A stretch of DNA of 64,000 bases from Isurus oxyrinchus (Eukaryota). Made by a program: the position numbers and the translations under genes. Of this stretch, positions 12,629 through 24,332 are shown one piece after another; within the stretch, counting starts at the first letter, position 1; the number at the start of each line of letters is the position of its first letter. Below the pieces are notes generated by a model. That model saw nothing but the letters and a program-made list of their open reading frames with translations, searched no databases and was not told the origin of the DNA. The DNA lies in the NCBI GenBank assembly GCA_026770705.1, contig JANJGN010000005.1, positions 137,516,001 through 137,580,000 of the forward strand, written 5' to 3'.

Positions 12629-13341
12629 GGCTTGGCCTAAATAGCCAAGTGGTTATGATACTGGGTTTGTAACCCCAAGAGCAAGAGTTCAAATCTCACA
12701 ATGGCAAACTATGAAACAATATAACTTCATCTGAAACAGATGGCAACGGGTTTGTACTCGAAAGAGTATCAAGAGTTCAAATCTCACAATGGCAAACTAT
12801 GAAACAATGTAACTTCATCTGAAACAGATGGAAATGGGTTTGTACTCAAAAGAGTTACATTGATTGAGCAACTCGCTTGGCCTAAATAGCCAAGTGGTTA
12901 TGGTACTGGGTTTGTAACCCCAAGATCAAGAGTTCAAATCTCACAATGGCAAACAATGTAACTTCATCTGAAACAGATGGAAATGGGTTTGTGCTCGAAA
13001 GAGTATCAAGAGTTCAAATCTCACAATGGCGAAACAATGTAATTTCATCTGAAACAGATGGAAACGGGTTTGTACTCGAAAGAGTTACAGCCATAGTTGG
13101 GCTTGGCCTAAATAGCCAAGTGGTTATGGTACTGGGTTTGTAACCCCAAGATCAAGAGTTCAAATCTCACAATGGCAAACTATGAAACAATGTAACTTCA
13201 TCTGAAACAGATGAGGAAAATCCCAGTGCTGGAAAGCTTTGGGAACCAAAATCATGAGTTCAAATCTCACAATGGCAAACTACGAAACAATGTAACTTCA
13301 TCTGAAACAGATAGAAACGGGTTTGTACTCAAAAGAGTTAC
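12629..13341 (+). mobile_element. Tandem array 1 of tRNA-Thr-headed SINE-like element (3 heads, about 6 body modules)
   Basis: Head GCCTAAATAGCCAAGTGGTTATGGTACTGGGTTTGTAACCCCAAGATCAAGAGTTCAAATCTC contains an A box, a TGT anticodon loop and a B box. An ~88 bp module is repeated. tacagccatagttg occurs at 12615-12628, 13086-13099 and 13339-13352. Confidence 0.85.
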
Positions 13342-13799
13342 AGCCATAGTTGAAGAAATTGGGACAGATTGAGAATTGAGTTTAGAACCTTCTGAACTTG
13401 ATGCTTGTTTCTCTGAATCGTGATTTTTCAGTTTTACATTGCACTTTTATATTGAAATATTTGGCAGAGACTTGGTTTTCTTCCTGCAGCTTGCTTTTCA
13501 TTTCAATATATTTTCATTTGGCTATGGTTAAGTTAAAATTGAAATGATTGAACAAGCATAGTAACTTATTCTGAACCTGTGCGCTTCATTGTATCTGTGT
13601 CTCCTATTTAATCCTTATGTGATCAATCAGTTTAATGGCATATCTAATTTTGGTTGCTACTCTGTCTCAAGTTCATCAGCAACCAGCACCTCTTACCAAT
13701 GTCTCAACTTTTGTACTATTGTATTGCATCCAATAATGTGAGCACCTTGGCACAACTCTATGCCCTTGCTATTGAAGACAGCAAAGCCATTGTGTAATT

Positions 13800-14780
13800 A
13801 TTCTTTGTCTGCTGCATCCCTCTTGTTGGTATCCTTCCATCTATGAGAGATGATGGACATGCAGCAAACAATCCACTTAAGGTGGGGGTCATTATTTGGT
13901 GTACCTTTGCTGATGGCTGTGAACAGGCAGGTTCTGCTGCAAGTGCCTCACATGAAACTGCTACCTGAAATTATGGGTTGTTTTCAGTGTTGGTACCTGT
14001 TGCCAAGCTGCTGTAGCTACTGGTTGTCATGGTAGTGCATACCAGCACTAGAGGTGTTGCCACTTTCCTCTTTTGCTAGTTAATGACTCCCAGGTGCAGC
14101 AGTCAGTGTTTTTAGGGTCTACGTGTCACGCTTGCAAGCATCCTTGAAGTGGAGCCTTGGGCGTCCCACTGGTCATCTGGCTGTGGCTAAATCACCATAC
14201 CGAGGTCCTTGGGCATGCTGTTGTCTTCCATCCTGCAGATGTGCCTGAACCACCAAAACTGCCTCAGACAGTGCCAACACACTTGGGAACTCTGCCTTTG
14301 AGAGGAATGCCTCATTCATGATTTTGTCCTGCCAGGATATATCCATGCTGTGCCACAGACAGTGAGGATGGAAATTATCGAGCCTCTCCTGGTGACTGCA
14401 AGTCACCCGTGTTTCTCAACCATACATCAAAGCCTTATAAATCATCAGCTTGATCCTAAGGGTCAACTTGATGTCATCCCATGCGTGTTTTGACAGTCAG
14501 TCAAAGGTGTTGGTGCTTTTCTTGTGCACATTTTGAGCTGCTTTGTATCAAGGGACATATTATCTATCATTGTGGACTCAAAGTAGCAGAATTTGCTAAC
14601 CACTTCCTGTGGGCTGTTGTTGAGTGTGATCAGGGCCAGAGTTGCAGCACTTTGACCCTCTTGACGCTTGCAGTCAGGAGGAATAAGTTATAGGCGATTA
14701 GTACAACATTGCCGGTGCTGAGGAGTTCCCTAATCAGGGGGTTGATGTGATTTTGTTTTTGCTTTCTGTGTTAATAGATT
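13800..14780 (-). mobile_element. RTE-clade LINE 3' fragment
   Basis: RLDNFHPHCLWHSMDISWQDKIMNEAFLSKA and downstream RPVGRPRLHFKDACKRD motifs typical of RTE ORF ends. Confidence 0.8.
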
Positions 14781-15879
14781 TTGCACCTTCCTGAGCTGTA
14801 TATAATCTTTGTGATTGGGGAAACTCAATTGCTTAATTAACAGTTACCAAAGAATTTGACACTTAGCAGAAACTGTATGTACAAAAGTTGAGCAGATGCT
14901 TTCAACCTCAACGGTGATCTTCAGCATGGGCCTTCTGCTTTCTTCTGTGTTTCTCAAATTGAATAAATTGTCCTTGATTCCCAACATAGCAATTTATTTT
15001 CCCATCAATTTTCTCTCCTCATTTCTCCTAAAAGCATTTGTTGTCCATATATATACTGCCAGAACAGGTTATTGGAGTGAAGATACTTTCTTTTCTCTTA
15101 ACTAGCTGAAGTCAGTTTTAGCATCCCTGCTAATTATTGGCTCTGTAGTGTTAAAAAGAATAAAAATGTAATTCTACAATAATAGTCCTTTGATTATGTT
15201 AAAATTCAATTTGGATGTTTTAATTTTTATCCTGTTCCAGGTTATTTCCTTCTCATTTAGAAGGTATTTTACATTCACTTTGTGGCCTGTAAGAGGAAAG
15301 ATGCTCCAATAATTGAAGATGTTAAGTTTCCTATAGATACCAAGAGAAATACTAGTGCAAATAGGGAAAGGAAACATAGAATTATTGATTTGAGATAGCA
15401 AGACAGTGAAACAATGCTTGATGTACATGATAACCCGGATTTTCAGTAGAGAAGCTCACCCTGATTTCAAAGAAAGCTGTCCAGAAAATCTAGTATTTCT
15501 GCAGTGTGGTTTTCCCTTCTCCTGATGGCAGTTTAAATCAAATGCCAAATCAAGGCAATGCCTTGACATGCAGCAGCAGTAATGTCAATAAATAGGTAAG
15601 GAACCAATCACATTGAAGCGTTGGTACTTGCTAAGTCTTCCATGAGAGAATCTTCACAGGAGATGCACAACCAATGCAGTCGATGATCACGTTAATTAAA
15701 AAAAAGTTCCAACAGATTTTCCTTAAATGGAGGGCATAGAAATTAAGGTTTGTGGGAGCTTGTTCTAGTCCCTTAATTGTTGCTGGAAGGGTTGGGGAGG
15801 GGGGGAAAGGAGTTCACAAAGGAAGCATGTTGGAAGCATTGAAGCAAAGGAAGCATTGCAAAATTGGAGCTGTTGGTTG

Positions 15880-18700
15880 TGATCTTTTCATGCTCTATTT
15901 TATAGAGGCATGTCAATCTTTGGGCCTTGCTTCAGTTCTGGAGATTATGCCAACTTAGAGACATGATCAACTGGGAGACACTGGTATCTCGCGAGTAATT
16001 GTAACAAAGTGAGCTGTCCGGTGTCAAACTTTCTCAAGGAGGGTAATGTTTTTAGCAATGTATGGGTCCCAAGTGTCTGTGCTATAATCAAGGTGTGGTC
16101 TGATGGTATTTGGTACAGCATTTCCTTCATTGCAGTTGGAATGATGGAAGTTCCATTTCACAAACCAAGCACCTTGAAAGCTGCTTGTTGACTTTCTACT
16201 TCCCACTTAATTATTTTGGATGTGGATCCCTAAGTAACAGCATTTTTTAGTAATTTCAAAGGGGAATCATGCATTGTGCAGTTGGGTACTGATGGTCATT
16301 GAGTATTTCTGATTTGTATGATGTTGCATTTTTCTGTGTTGAATTTCATTCCTCATATATTGGCCCATTTGATGAGATTATTTATATCTTCCTAGAGGCT
16401 AACCTCATCTGCTCTGTAGATTAGGCAGCAATTTGCTGTCTGGACTGGCTTGATATTCCACCCTGGATATAATTTATAAAGAGGAGGAACCAATGTGGTC
16501 CCAGGACAGACTAGGGGTCACTGTTTAAAAATAAGGGGTCGCCCACTTAAGACAGAGATGAGAATTTTTTTCTGAGGGCTGTGAGCCTTTGGAAATCTTC
16601 CTCAAAGGGCTGTGGAAGCAGAATCTTTGACTGTTTTTAAGGCAGAGCTAAATAGATTCTTGATGAGCAAGGGGAAGAAAGGTTATTGAGGATAGGCTGG
16701 AATGTGGAGCTGAGGTTATAATCAGATTAGCCATGATCTTATTGGGTAGTGGAGTATGTTCAAGGGACCAAGGAGCCTATTCCTACTCCTAATTCGTATG
16801 TTCCAGCTTGCGGCTTCCTCATTCTTTGTTACTATTTGGTAAGAAATGTTCTTGTCCGTTGCTTAGTATTTCTTCAGACTCCATAATGATCTAGTTTGTC
16901 CAGTAGCTTTGTGTGTGGTACATGGTCGACAGCTTTGGTAAAATCTAAAATAGCTAGATCTATGGTGATGTGATTGTCAAGGTCAAATTATGGATAGTAA
17001 GGATGAGTTGTGATTCTGTTGATCTTGTTTTATGAAAGTCATGGCAATCATCAATAAGAATATTCTGCCCTTCAAGTTGTCTCATTAGCTATCAATGAGG
17101 TGTTCTAGTAATTTATATCAAACACTAAACGAAATAGATCGGTACTTTGATGGATCGGTAGGCAGTTCTTGTAAATTGGAGAGATGTTAGCCCTTAGCCA
17201 ATCAACAGGTAGTTCTCCTATGTTTATGGATTATTGAAAAATGTACTGTAACATTGGTACAAACTCACTTGCTGCATTTTTAAGTGCGTGTTTTGGAATG
17301 TCATCAAGATCACAAGCTTTAGATGGCCCAATGTTATGTAGGAGTTTCTCAACACCTTTTGTTGTCATTATAACGTCAAGTATGTTCTTGTCAGGCTGCC
17401 TTCCCACTACAGATCTGTACTTAGGTGCTTAATTCCTTCCTTGAAGACGCTCTGAAACTGTGAGCTTAGAGCTTCAGCTTTTTCTTTTGCCATTCAGTGG
17501 TAATTTGTCCTCCACTTGCAGAATTGGGATTCCAGTATTATCCTTTCTTTCTGATTTAATATACCTCCCAAATTTTCTGGGGCTTTCTGTCCTGGCCAAT
17601 TCCATTTTGTATTTATGCTTGGTACGTCGAATCTCCCTGTTGACCACAGTTTGGTGCTGTTCAAATTTAATCCAGAGTTCCTCTTTCTTTGAAAGATCAT
17701 CACTTCACCTAGAATGTTTTACACAGGTGTATGTAGTTTCTCCTTTTTGCAGACTTTTCTTTTTGAGAGAGCCTGTAAGCCATGAGTACTCCCCTTTCCA
17801 GAGTAGATTTTGTGAGGAACGTGTGGATTTATAAGGTCATTTGCACATTTGACAAACACCTGCCAGTTGCTTGTCCACTGAGTTGGTCTCTGGAGAGTTG
17901 TTGAGACTTTTTTGTCATCTGTGCAGCTTGGCTCGTAAAGACATCAATAGTGATACAGTTTCACTGCGGCACTTTGCTTAGTGATTTTCGGTGCAATTGT
18001 GCCTTTAGGCAATACTCACTCAATACTGTTGAATGATCACTTAGCCAAGAATGGGGCCTGATGGATTCCATCAAAGCAGCATGTGTAACAAGATGATGAT
18101 GATCCGATATATTCTCTGTTCCATTTGATGCTTCCTAGTGGTAACGTTCCCCACCTGTGTTAACAAGTGGCCATTCCCTATATTTATGAACTTTTCCTGA
18201 AGTGGTTTGTTGCACATTGGGGGACGTCCTAATTCCAAGGAAGATCGGGGACATTAAAGTACCCACTTAATATGATGGAGGGTGACAATGTTGTATTGTA
18301 AAGTGTTGTTAGGCTTGCATCTAGGCCACTTAATGAATCCTTAGAGCTGCTGGGTCTCTAATAACAAATTCCGACAAAAATAATTCCCCTCTGCAGGGTC
18401 AGTTGACAGCATACCAATTCCGCATCTGTTGAGGACAAAACATGTCTTGAGAAACTGGGAATTGAGTTATTGACTGCAATAAAGACTCATTCGCCTTTAG
18501 TAGATCTATACTTACGATATACTGTGAAACCTTCAGGAAATATTGCTGTAGTGTGAATATTTCCATTATGTTTGGATTTAGTTCCTATGATAACATCAAG
18601 TTTTTCTTGGCTGATAAGTAACTCCAATTGATTTACTTTCCCTTGAATACCGTTGCAATTTATATTTCCAATCCCAATAGAGTTTAGCTTAGAAGGATGT
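15880..18700 (-). mobile_element. Degenerate CR1/L2-group LINE ORF2 (APE-RT), with a nested CR1 3' end (+) at about 16511-16803
   Basis: INCNGIQGK (APE start), LDFTKAVDHV, VLGPHWFLLFINY and IRPHLDYSTDTWDPYIAKNITLLEKV remnants. Confidence 0.75.
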
Positions 18701-19904
18701 TGAAGAGTAGCTCTGGTCTTTCCTGTGTTGTGGTTTTTGCCTTTGTTGATTTTGGAAGATTGCTGACTTTGGGTAGGTCTGGTTATATATGACTATCTAT
18801 ATTCTGATCCCGCCCGCTTGAGTTAATGGAGTAACTTGTCTTTTCTGCTATCTTTGTTGCTTCACTTTGGATTGACTTGCATTCACCCACTCATCTTTTA
18901 ATTTTAACTTCTCTAGTGAAACTTTCCTTGCATACACCTTGGCTAGTGCTACATTTGGCTTGAAGGTGGGTGAAGGCATCAGGAGTTTGCTGCCCTACAC
19001 AGTTCTCACCTGGCCTGAGCTGGAAGGTCGGGTGAGAAAAGATCGCTTGGATTTCAATGTAGGAGAAACTAGGAGCAGAGAAGCAATCTGCCACTCTACA
19101 GAAGTTCAGTCCCATTATAATTTTAGTTAATTCAGACCAGAACAGCCGAAACTGAACCCAGTCCAAGCCTCAGGAAACAGCTGGACAGACACGGGCTAGA
19201 CCAAACCCGAGCAGCACAAGCGAGGCTGTGGTCCAGGAGCTGGTGTGATTTATTGAGAGATAAGCTGATTACTTGTTACAGCCCGCACCAAGTCAAGTGG
19301 GTGGCCCAGCTATGCGTGCCAGGTAATGTTTCAAGACCCTCCCACTGGCATCAGGCTCGTCTGCTCATTGCTGGTATGCCGGTAAGATCGCCTGGGCCAC
19401 TGGGAGTTCCTGATCTGCTGGGAGGGAGGGAGGGAGAAGGAATGTGACCCTGTTGCTGCAGGCAACAGGGAATCATTGGCTTCTTTCTCCTGGTATCCCT
19501 GTTCTTAGTTCCTGGAGCTGCTGCTCTGTCCCTGCCGCACTCTACCTTCCCATCACCATGGCGCTGACCATGATCATAGCTGATTAAGCATTCATATGCA
19601 ACAAACCAGGAAGTCAAAAACACTTAACATCCTTCACTTTTTTAATTTAAATTTTCAGATTTACATGATTATGATGGGATTACTAAAGAAACATTGTAAA
19701 AAGAGAACTATTATATGTATTTTTGAAACCTGTTTATTATGAAGAAATTGGGAGATCCACAAATATCATTAGCTTTTAAGGGGCAGTAAGGGTTCAGCAA
19801 TAATTCTGGCTTTAGTAGTGTTCACGGTTTAAAAATCCAGTTAAACCTCATTCAACAAGATGTTACTTTTTCCAGGATTTTTACAGCGAAACTAACAGCA
19901 TAGA

Positions 19905-20130
19905 GTATTACTGGAAAAAAAACATGTCAAAGCTTTTTGTTTTGCACTCATCAGGACACTTCGCAAGAATACCAATATAAGGGGAAAACAACAATTTATA
20001 TTTTATGAGAATAGAGTGCTTATTGGTTGGCATAGAAGTGGATGTTCTCACTAAATTGTGATTACAATGGAGATAGCAGCCTGTGGGAATCTTTACAGCT
20101 GAATGGATAGAGGAGTGTAGACTCACTGAC
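19905..20130 (-). mobile_element. Penelope-like family B pLTR fragment with hammerhead motif (19925-19958)
   Basis: Minus strand TGTC-CTGATGA-GTGCAAAAC-AAAA-AGCTT-T-GACA. Homologous to 33660-33900, 34560-34850 and 45240-45530. Confidence 0.75.
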
Positions 20131-21334
20131 AGCAAAACTTCTGCGTATCTGGGGACTCAGAGTTGCACTGGAGTACTGATGGCAAAGACTGACACTTTGG
20201 CCATTGTTACCACAGCAAAATCTGGAACAATATTCCTAACTACTTAGTATATTTATTGTGTACGAACTCTTAAGAGACCTTTCAGAATCTTTTAACTGAA
20301 ACTCTGGTGAATCCATAGAGTCCCAATGTGCAAACTTGCAGTCAGCACCAGTTTTACTACTCAAAACATTCTTTTGACGGTCCATGCAGGCAGATCTTAG
20401 ACTTTATGGCTTTTGGTTGGTGGATTTTATTTTTCCATGTGATATGCATATCAAATAACAATTCTTTTCATCAGATAGCTGGGCATCCTAAATGTATAGC
20501 ACTGTGGTAATTTTCCATCCATCCAGTAGATGAAGCATATTACTCTTGTTTATATAAATTCCACTTTGCAGTTTATTGCTATAGGACAATTGGTAATCCT
20601 GTCTTAAATAACTACAGCAACTTTCATTTATACACCTCTCAATAAAAATAAAATGTAGGGTTAGGTGGGTGGATTCAGAATGGGTTAAAATCGAGCCTGT
20701 AGTCTGAAATTAAGGCACTTTGTAACTTAAAAGGAAAACTACTTTGAAAGCACATTGTAACCTATCCTTAGCTTTTCTAATTTATTAAGATACAAGATGG
20801 ATTATTTTTAAACTCTCTCTTTGCTCACTTTTCCTTATGAGTTTTCTTGTAGATTTTGCCAAATTCAATATATACCTATCTATATTTGATGACTTAGATC
20901 AAATTCAACTTTAAATTCGCTCTAATTTTACAAGCCATACAGTATTTGATAGCAGTTAATTGGATCAATTTGCAGAATTAGACAAACAACATTTTTAACC
21001 CCCAACTCTGTTCATTCAGAGAGTAGTTACTAATCACAAGGTTGGATGACTGCTTGCTTTTTATTTGCTTTCATTAGTCTCTGAGACCAGGTGCCTTCTA
21101 CAGCCATTACTTTGTGAGCTTCGATAATGATAGCCTGCAGGCTGTTTACTTGCAGCCAAGTCTAGCTTTGTACTCATACACACAGAAACTACCAGCAAGA
21201 GTTGTTGCGTAACTATCAGAAGCATGATCTCTGGCTGATTTTCCACTCTAAACCTAGGGTGCTGGTAAAAGTTGTATTGTCCCACCTGAGATGAGCTAAC
21301 AGCACAGACTGGTGGCTGTATCAGGAACCTTCCT

Positions 21335-21565
21335 CCTACACTGCAGCAGTGACTACACCTCATAAGTATTTAATTGGCTGTGAAGCACTTTGAGATGTCC
21401 AGTAGTCATGAAAAACACCATACAGATGCAAGTCTTTTGATGAGTCATATGGACTCGAAACATTAACTGTATTCCTCTCCACAGATGCTGTCAGACGTGC
21501 TGAGTTTTTCCAGCTATTTTTGTTTTTGTTTCAGATTTCCAGCATCCGCAGTATTTTGCTTTTAT
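21335..21565 (+). mobile_element. Deu-SINE (SacSINE1-like) 3' tail followed by a PLE family A pLTR fragment
   Basis: cagtgactacac...attggctgtgaagcactttg...gatgcaagtc tail, then gagtcatatggactcgaaacattaac...acagatgctg pLTR. Confidence 0.6.
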
Positions 21566-21589
21566 CTTTTTGTTTTGTGTAGTTCACCT

Positions 21590-21985
21590 ATAGAATCGTT
21601 ATAGCACAGGAGGCAGCCATTTGGTCTGTTGCTTCCAAACGGTTCTCTGCAAGAGCAACACAACTAGTCTCACTGCTCTTTCTCCATAGCTCTGCAAATG
21701 TTTTCTCCTCGGGAGCTTTTCCATTTCTCTTTTGAAAGCCACAATTGAACTTGCCCCCACCACGCTCCCAGGTAGTGCATTTCAGATCCCAATCGCACAC
21801 AGCATTTAAAAAAGGTTTTTCCCACTACTGACTTTGGTCCTTTTACCACTCACCTTAAATCGGTGTCCTTTCTTTCACCACTGGGAACAGTTTCTCTCTA
21901 TCTACTCTGTCCAGACTTTTCGTGATTTTGAATACCTCTATCAAATCTCTCAACTTTCTCGAAGAAGAACAGCTCCAGCAGAAAA
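21590..21985 (-). mobile_element. CR1 3' end fragment
   Basis: CR1 3' UTR and C-terminal ORF2 remnants. Confidence 0.7.
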
Positions 21986-22586
21986 TGCCTTTTCAAAGTG
22001 CTTTTTTATTCTAGAAATAGGAATTTTGTTGTAACTTCTCACTCTTGAGTGAAAGTTTTGACAAAATAAAAACCAGTGTTTAGTATTTTCTCATAAAATA
22101 TTTTAGCAAAACAGCCTTCCTGTCAAAATGATAGCTTGAAAGGAAATCAAAGCACAAAAATCCTTTGAACCTTAGGAACATAAAAACAAAGGAAGTTACC
22201 TACTTAATTTTAATATTTTCTTATTCCAATCTTAAACAATTGAAACCACAAAGCATTCAGAGTCTGCATTTTTCTGAAGCTTTCGCAAAGGTTTTCGAGC
22301 CTTGTTCATAGTATCGTTTAAGTTCAGACTTAAATACCTTACTGTTGCTCCATTTCTTTTGGAGATTATAGAATTCTACATTTTGGCATCTGAATCTTAA
22401 GTGTGATCTATATTTTTATAAATATATGGGTGATATTTTCAATCTAATAGCGGTGCTTTTATAATGAAATTTAAAATATATGAAGAGTTATAACTTTTCA
22501 CATAACAGCTGGCAGGATATATACTGCATCAGTAAAAATTCTTGATTTTCATTTTATTTCCTTCACCAATTTTTTTAATTCTTTAG

Positions 22587-22726
22587 ATAGCAGACAAGAA
22601 CTGGAGAAGTTTTTGAAACTGAAAAAATGCAAAGTGCCAAAAACAATTGAAGGTTTCATTGAAGTGTCTGAATCAGAAGATGGTGACAGCACTGAGGAGG
22701 AACCACATCAGTTCAACAATATCCAG
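22587..22726 (+). CDS. BEND5-like: BEND5-like gene, internal coding exon (probably exon 2; begins phase 1)
   Basis: Polypyrimidine tract and ctttag acceptor, then open frame xSRQELEKFLKLKKCKVPKTIEGFIEVSESEDGDSTEEEPHQFNNIQ, then CAG|gtatt donor. Resembles recalled human BEND5 'DKSDLENSVMQKKIKIPK...'. Its phase-0 end fits the next exon. Confidence 0.8.
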
Positions 22727-24332
22727 GTATTAAATAATGTTTGAGAATCTGATACCATTTTTAAATTTAAAAAAAAACTTCTCTCTTTCTGTTCCTATTT
22801 TCTTCCCTTCCTCTCCACCCCCCCACCCACCCTTTTTGAAAGAGGCTGACCAACACTTCATCCAATTGACCAATGTGCCGGCAAGTTGTTTATCTTAGAG
22901 CGCCATGGCTGAGCACGTTCTGAGCTGAGCGCCATAAACATACACTTTCTGATAATGGTCACTAAATATTTTCAGAAATAGGATTCAGTCCGAGATCAGT
23001 TGTATCACCTCAATTGTCACCCTGATTGACATCAGTTAGCACAGCAAAGACTTGAATAGAACAAAACAATAGTGACTTCAGTCCCCACCACTTATGCCTT
23101 ACCCACTAACCCTGGTCTGTCACCTATATCGTGCAAACAGTGCTAAGATTTGTCATTACCATAGACAACAATTACGAAGGCACCATGTAAGTTGCATTAA
23201 GAATGGTGACTATTTTGGGAAGTTCAAGCAGTTGTTTGCACCTTGCTAGTGTGATCCCCTGTTATTAGGCCCTTTCAAGCACCTCCATTGTAACAAAGTT
23301 TGCTGAAACTCGAGGTGTTATTGCCAGCACCTAAGGTAATGGTGAAACTAGCCAGAATTGATGATGACCAGACTGCTTCATACTTCAGACTCTATCACAC
23401 TAATGCGCCTGCATTAATTGCACTGTACTTATGGAACTTTTGGAAGTCCTATGGAAGTTAGCCGTAGGAGAGTACGTCCAGTCTCTCAGCTGCAGACAAG
23501 CAAAATAATGGGGATTCTGGAACTCTGAAATAAAAACAGAAATACTTAAAGTACCCCCCAGGTATGGCAACACTGTGCAGAAGGAGGAATGTTAGCTTTG
23601 AACAGTTAATAAATTTAGCTAGTTGTAAGAGCTCTAAGAATGTACAACACCACGCTCGGCTGAGTTGGACTCGGACCTAAAAGGACTGTTTGACCATTAT
23701 ACAACCCAGACATTCGTGAGACATCAATTTTATATAAGTGTACAAGAAGTATTCGTGCCAGCTGTGGCTCATTTTAGTGGCACAGAAGCCATTGAAAAGA
23801 GACTTCATGAGACTGACATGTTAACAAACCTCCTGATATGTACCCTATTAGAAGAAAATTGCTTAGCACCATATGTTACATTATTGTCTTTGTGCACAAA
23901 GAGCTGGAAAAAGCCTGTACTTGTATGGAATCTCATAACTTATGGCATCCTCACGATGCCTAACAACCAATGGATTACTTTTGAAGGGCGATTGCTGTTG
24001 TTAAACAAGCAAATACAATTATTTAGCAAAGAGCAACAACCAGGGAATTAAGGGAACTCTGACTCTTCAAATATTGCCATGTATGGAAAAACAATCAAAT
24101 TGATAAGTATGCTAATAATTTCCCATTTGCTCTCTTTACAGGGTTAGGTAGAACATGGTAAAACTGGCAGTTGTACAAATATGCAAGCTGTATGAGTGAA
24201 AGGCTATCAGATTTTTTTCTCAAATCTCAGATGTGTGCCTTAAGCTGGAATTTAATATTCAGATGTAAGGTTGATGAGATGCCTTGTTAATTTGCCTCAG
24301 AACCATTTTACATAACCTACTCAAATATATTA

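Noticed and set aside
12633-12706. Functional tRNA-Thr(UGU) gene
   Set aside because: A and B boxes and the anticodon loop are present, but the acceptor and anticodon stems pair poorly and the sequence is fused to a repeated body, so it is a SINE-like head.
13037-13089. Canonical hammerhead ribozyme in the tRNA-headed element
   Set aside because: No CUGANGA core on either strand in the required position. It is kept only as a hammerhead-like fold hypothesis.
1-22586. First coding exon of the BEND5-like gene (MYAFVRF-like N-terminus)
   Set aside because: No convincing match or splice-compatible exon was found, including a weak candidate near 20853. It probably lies upstream of the window.
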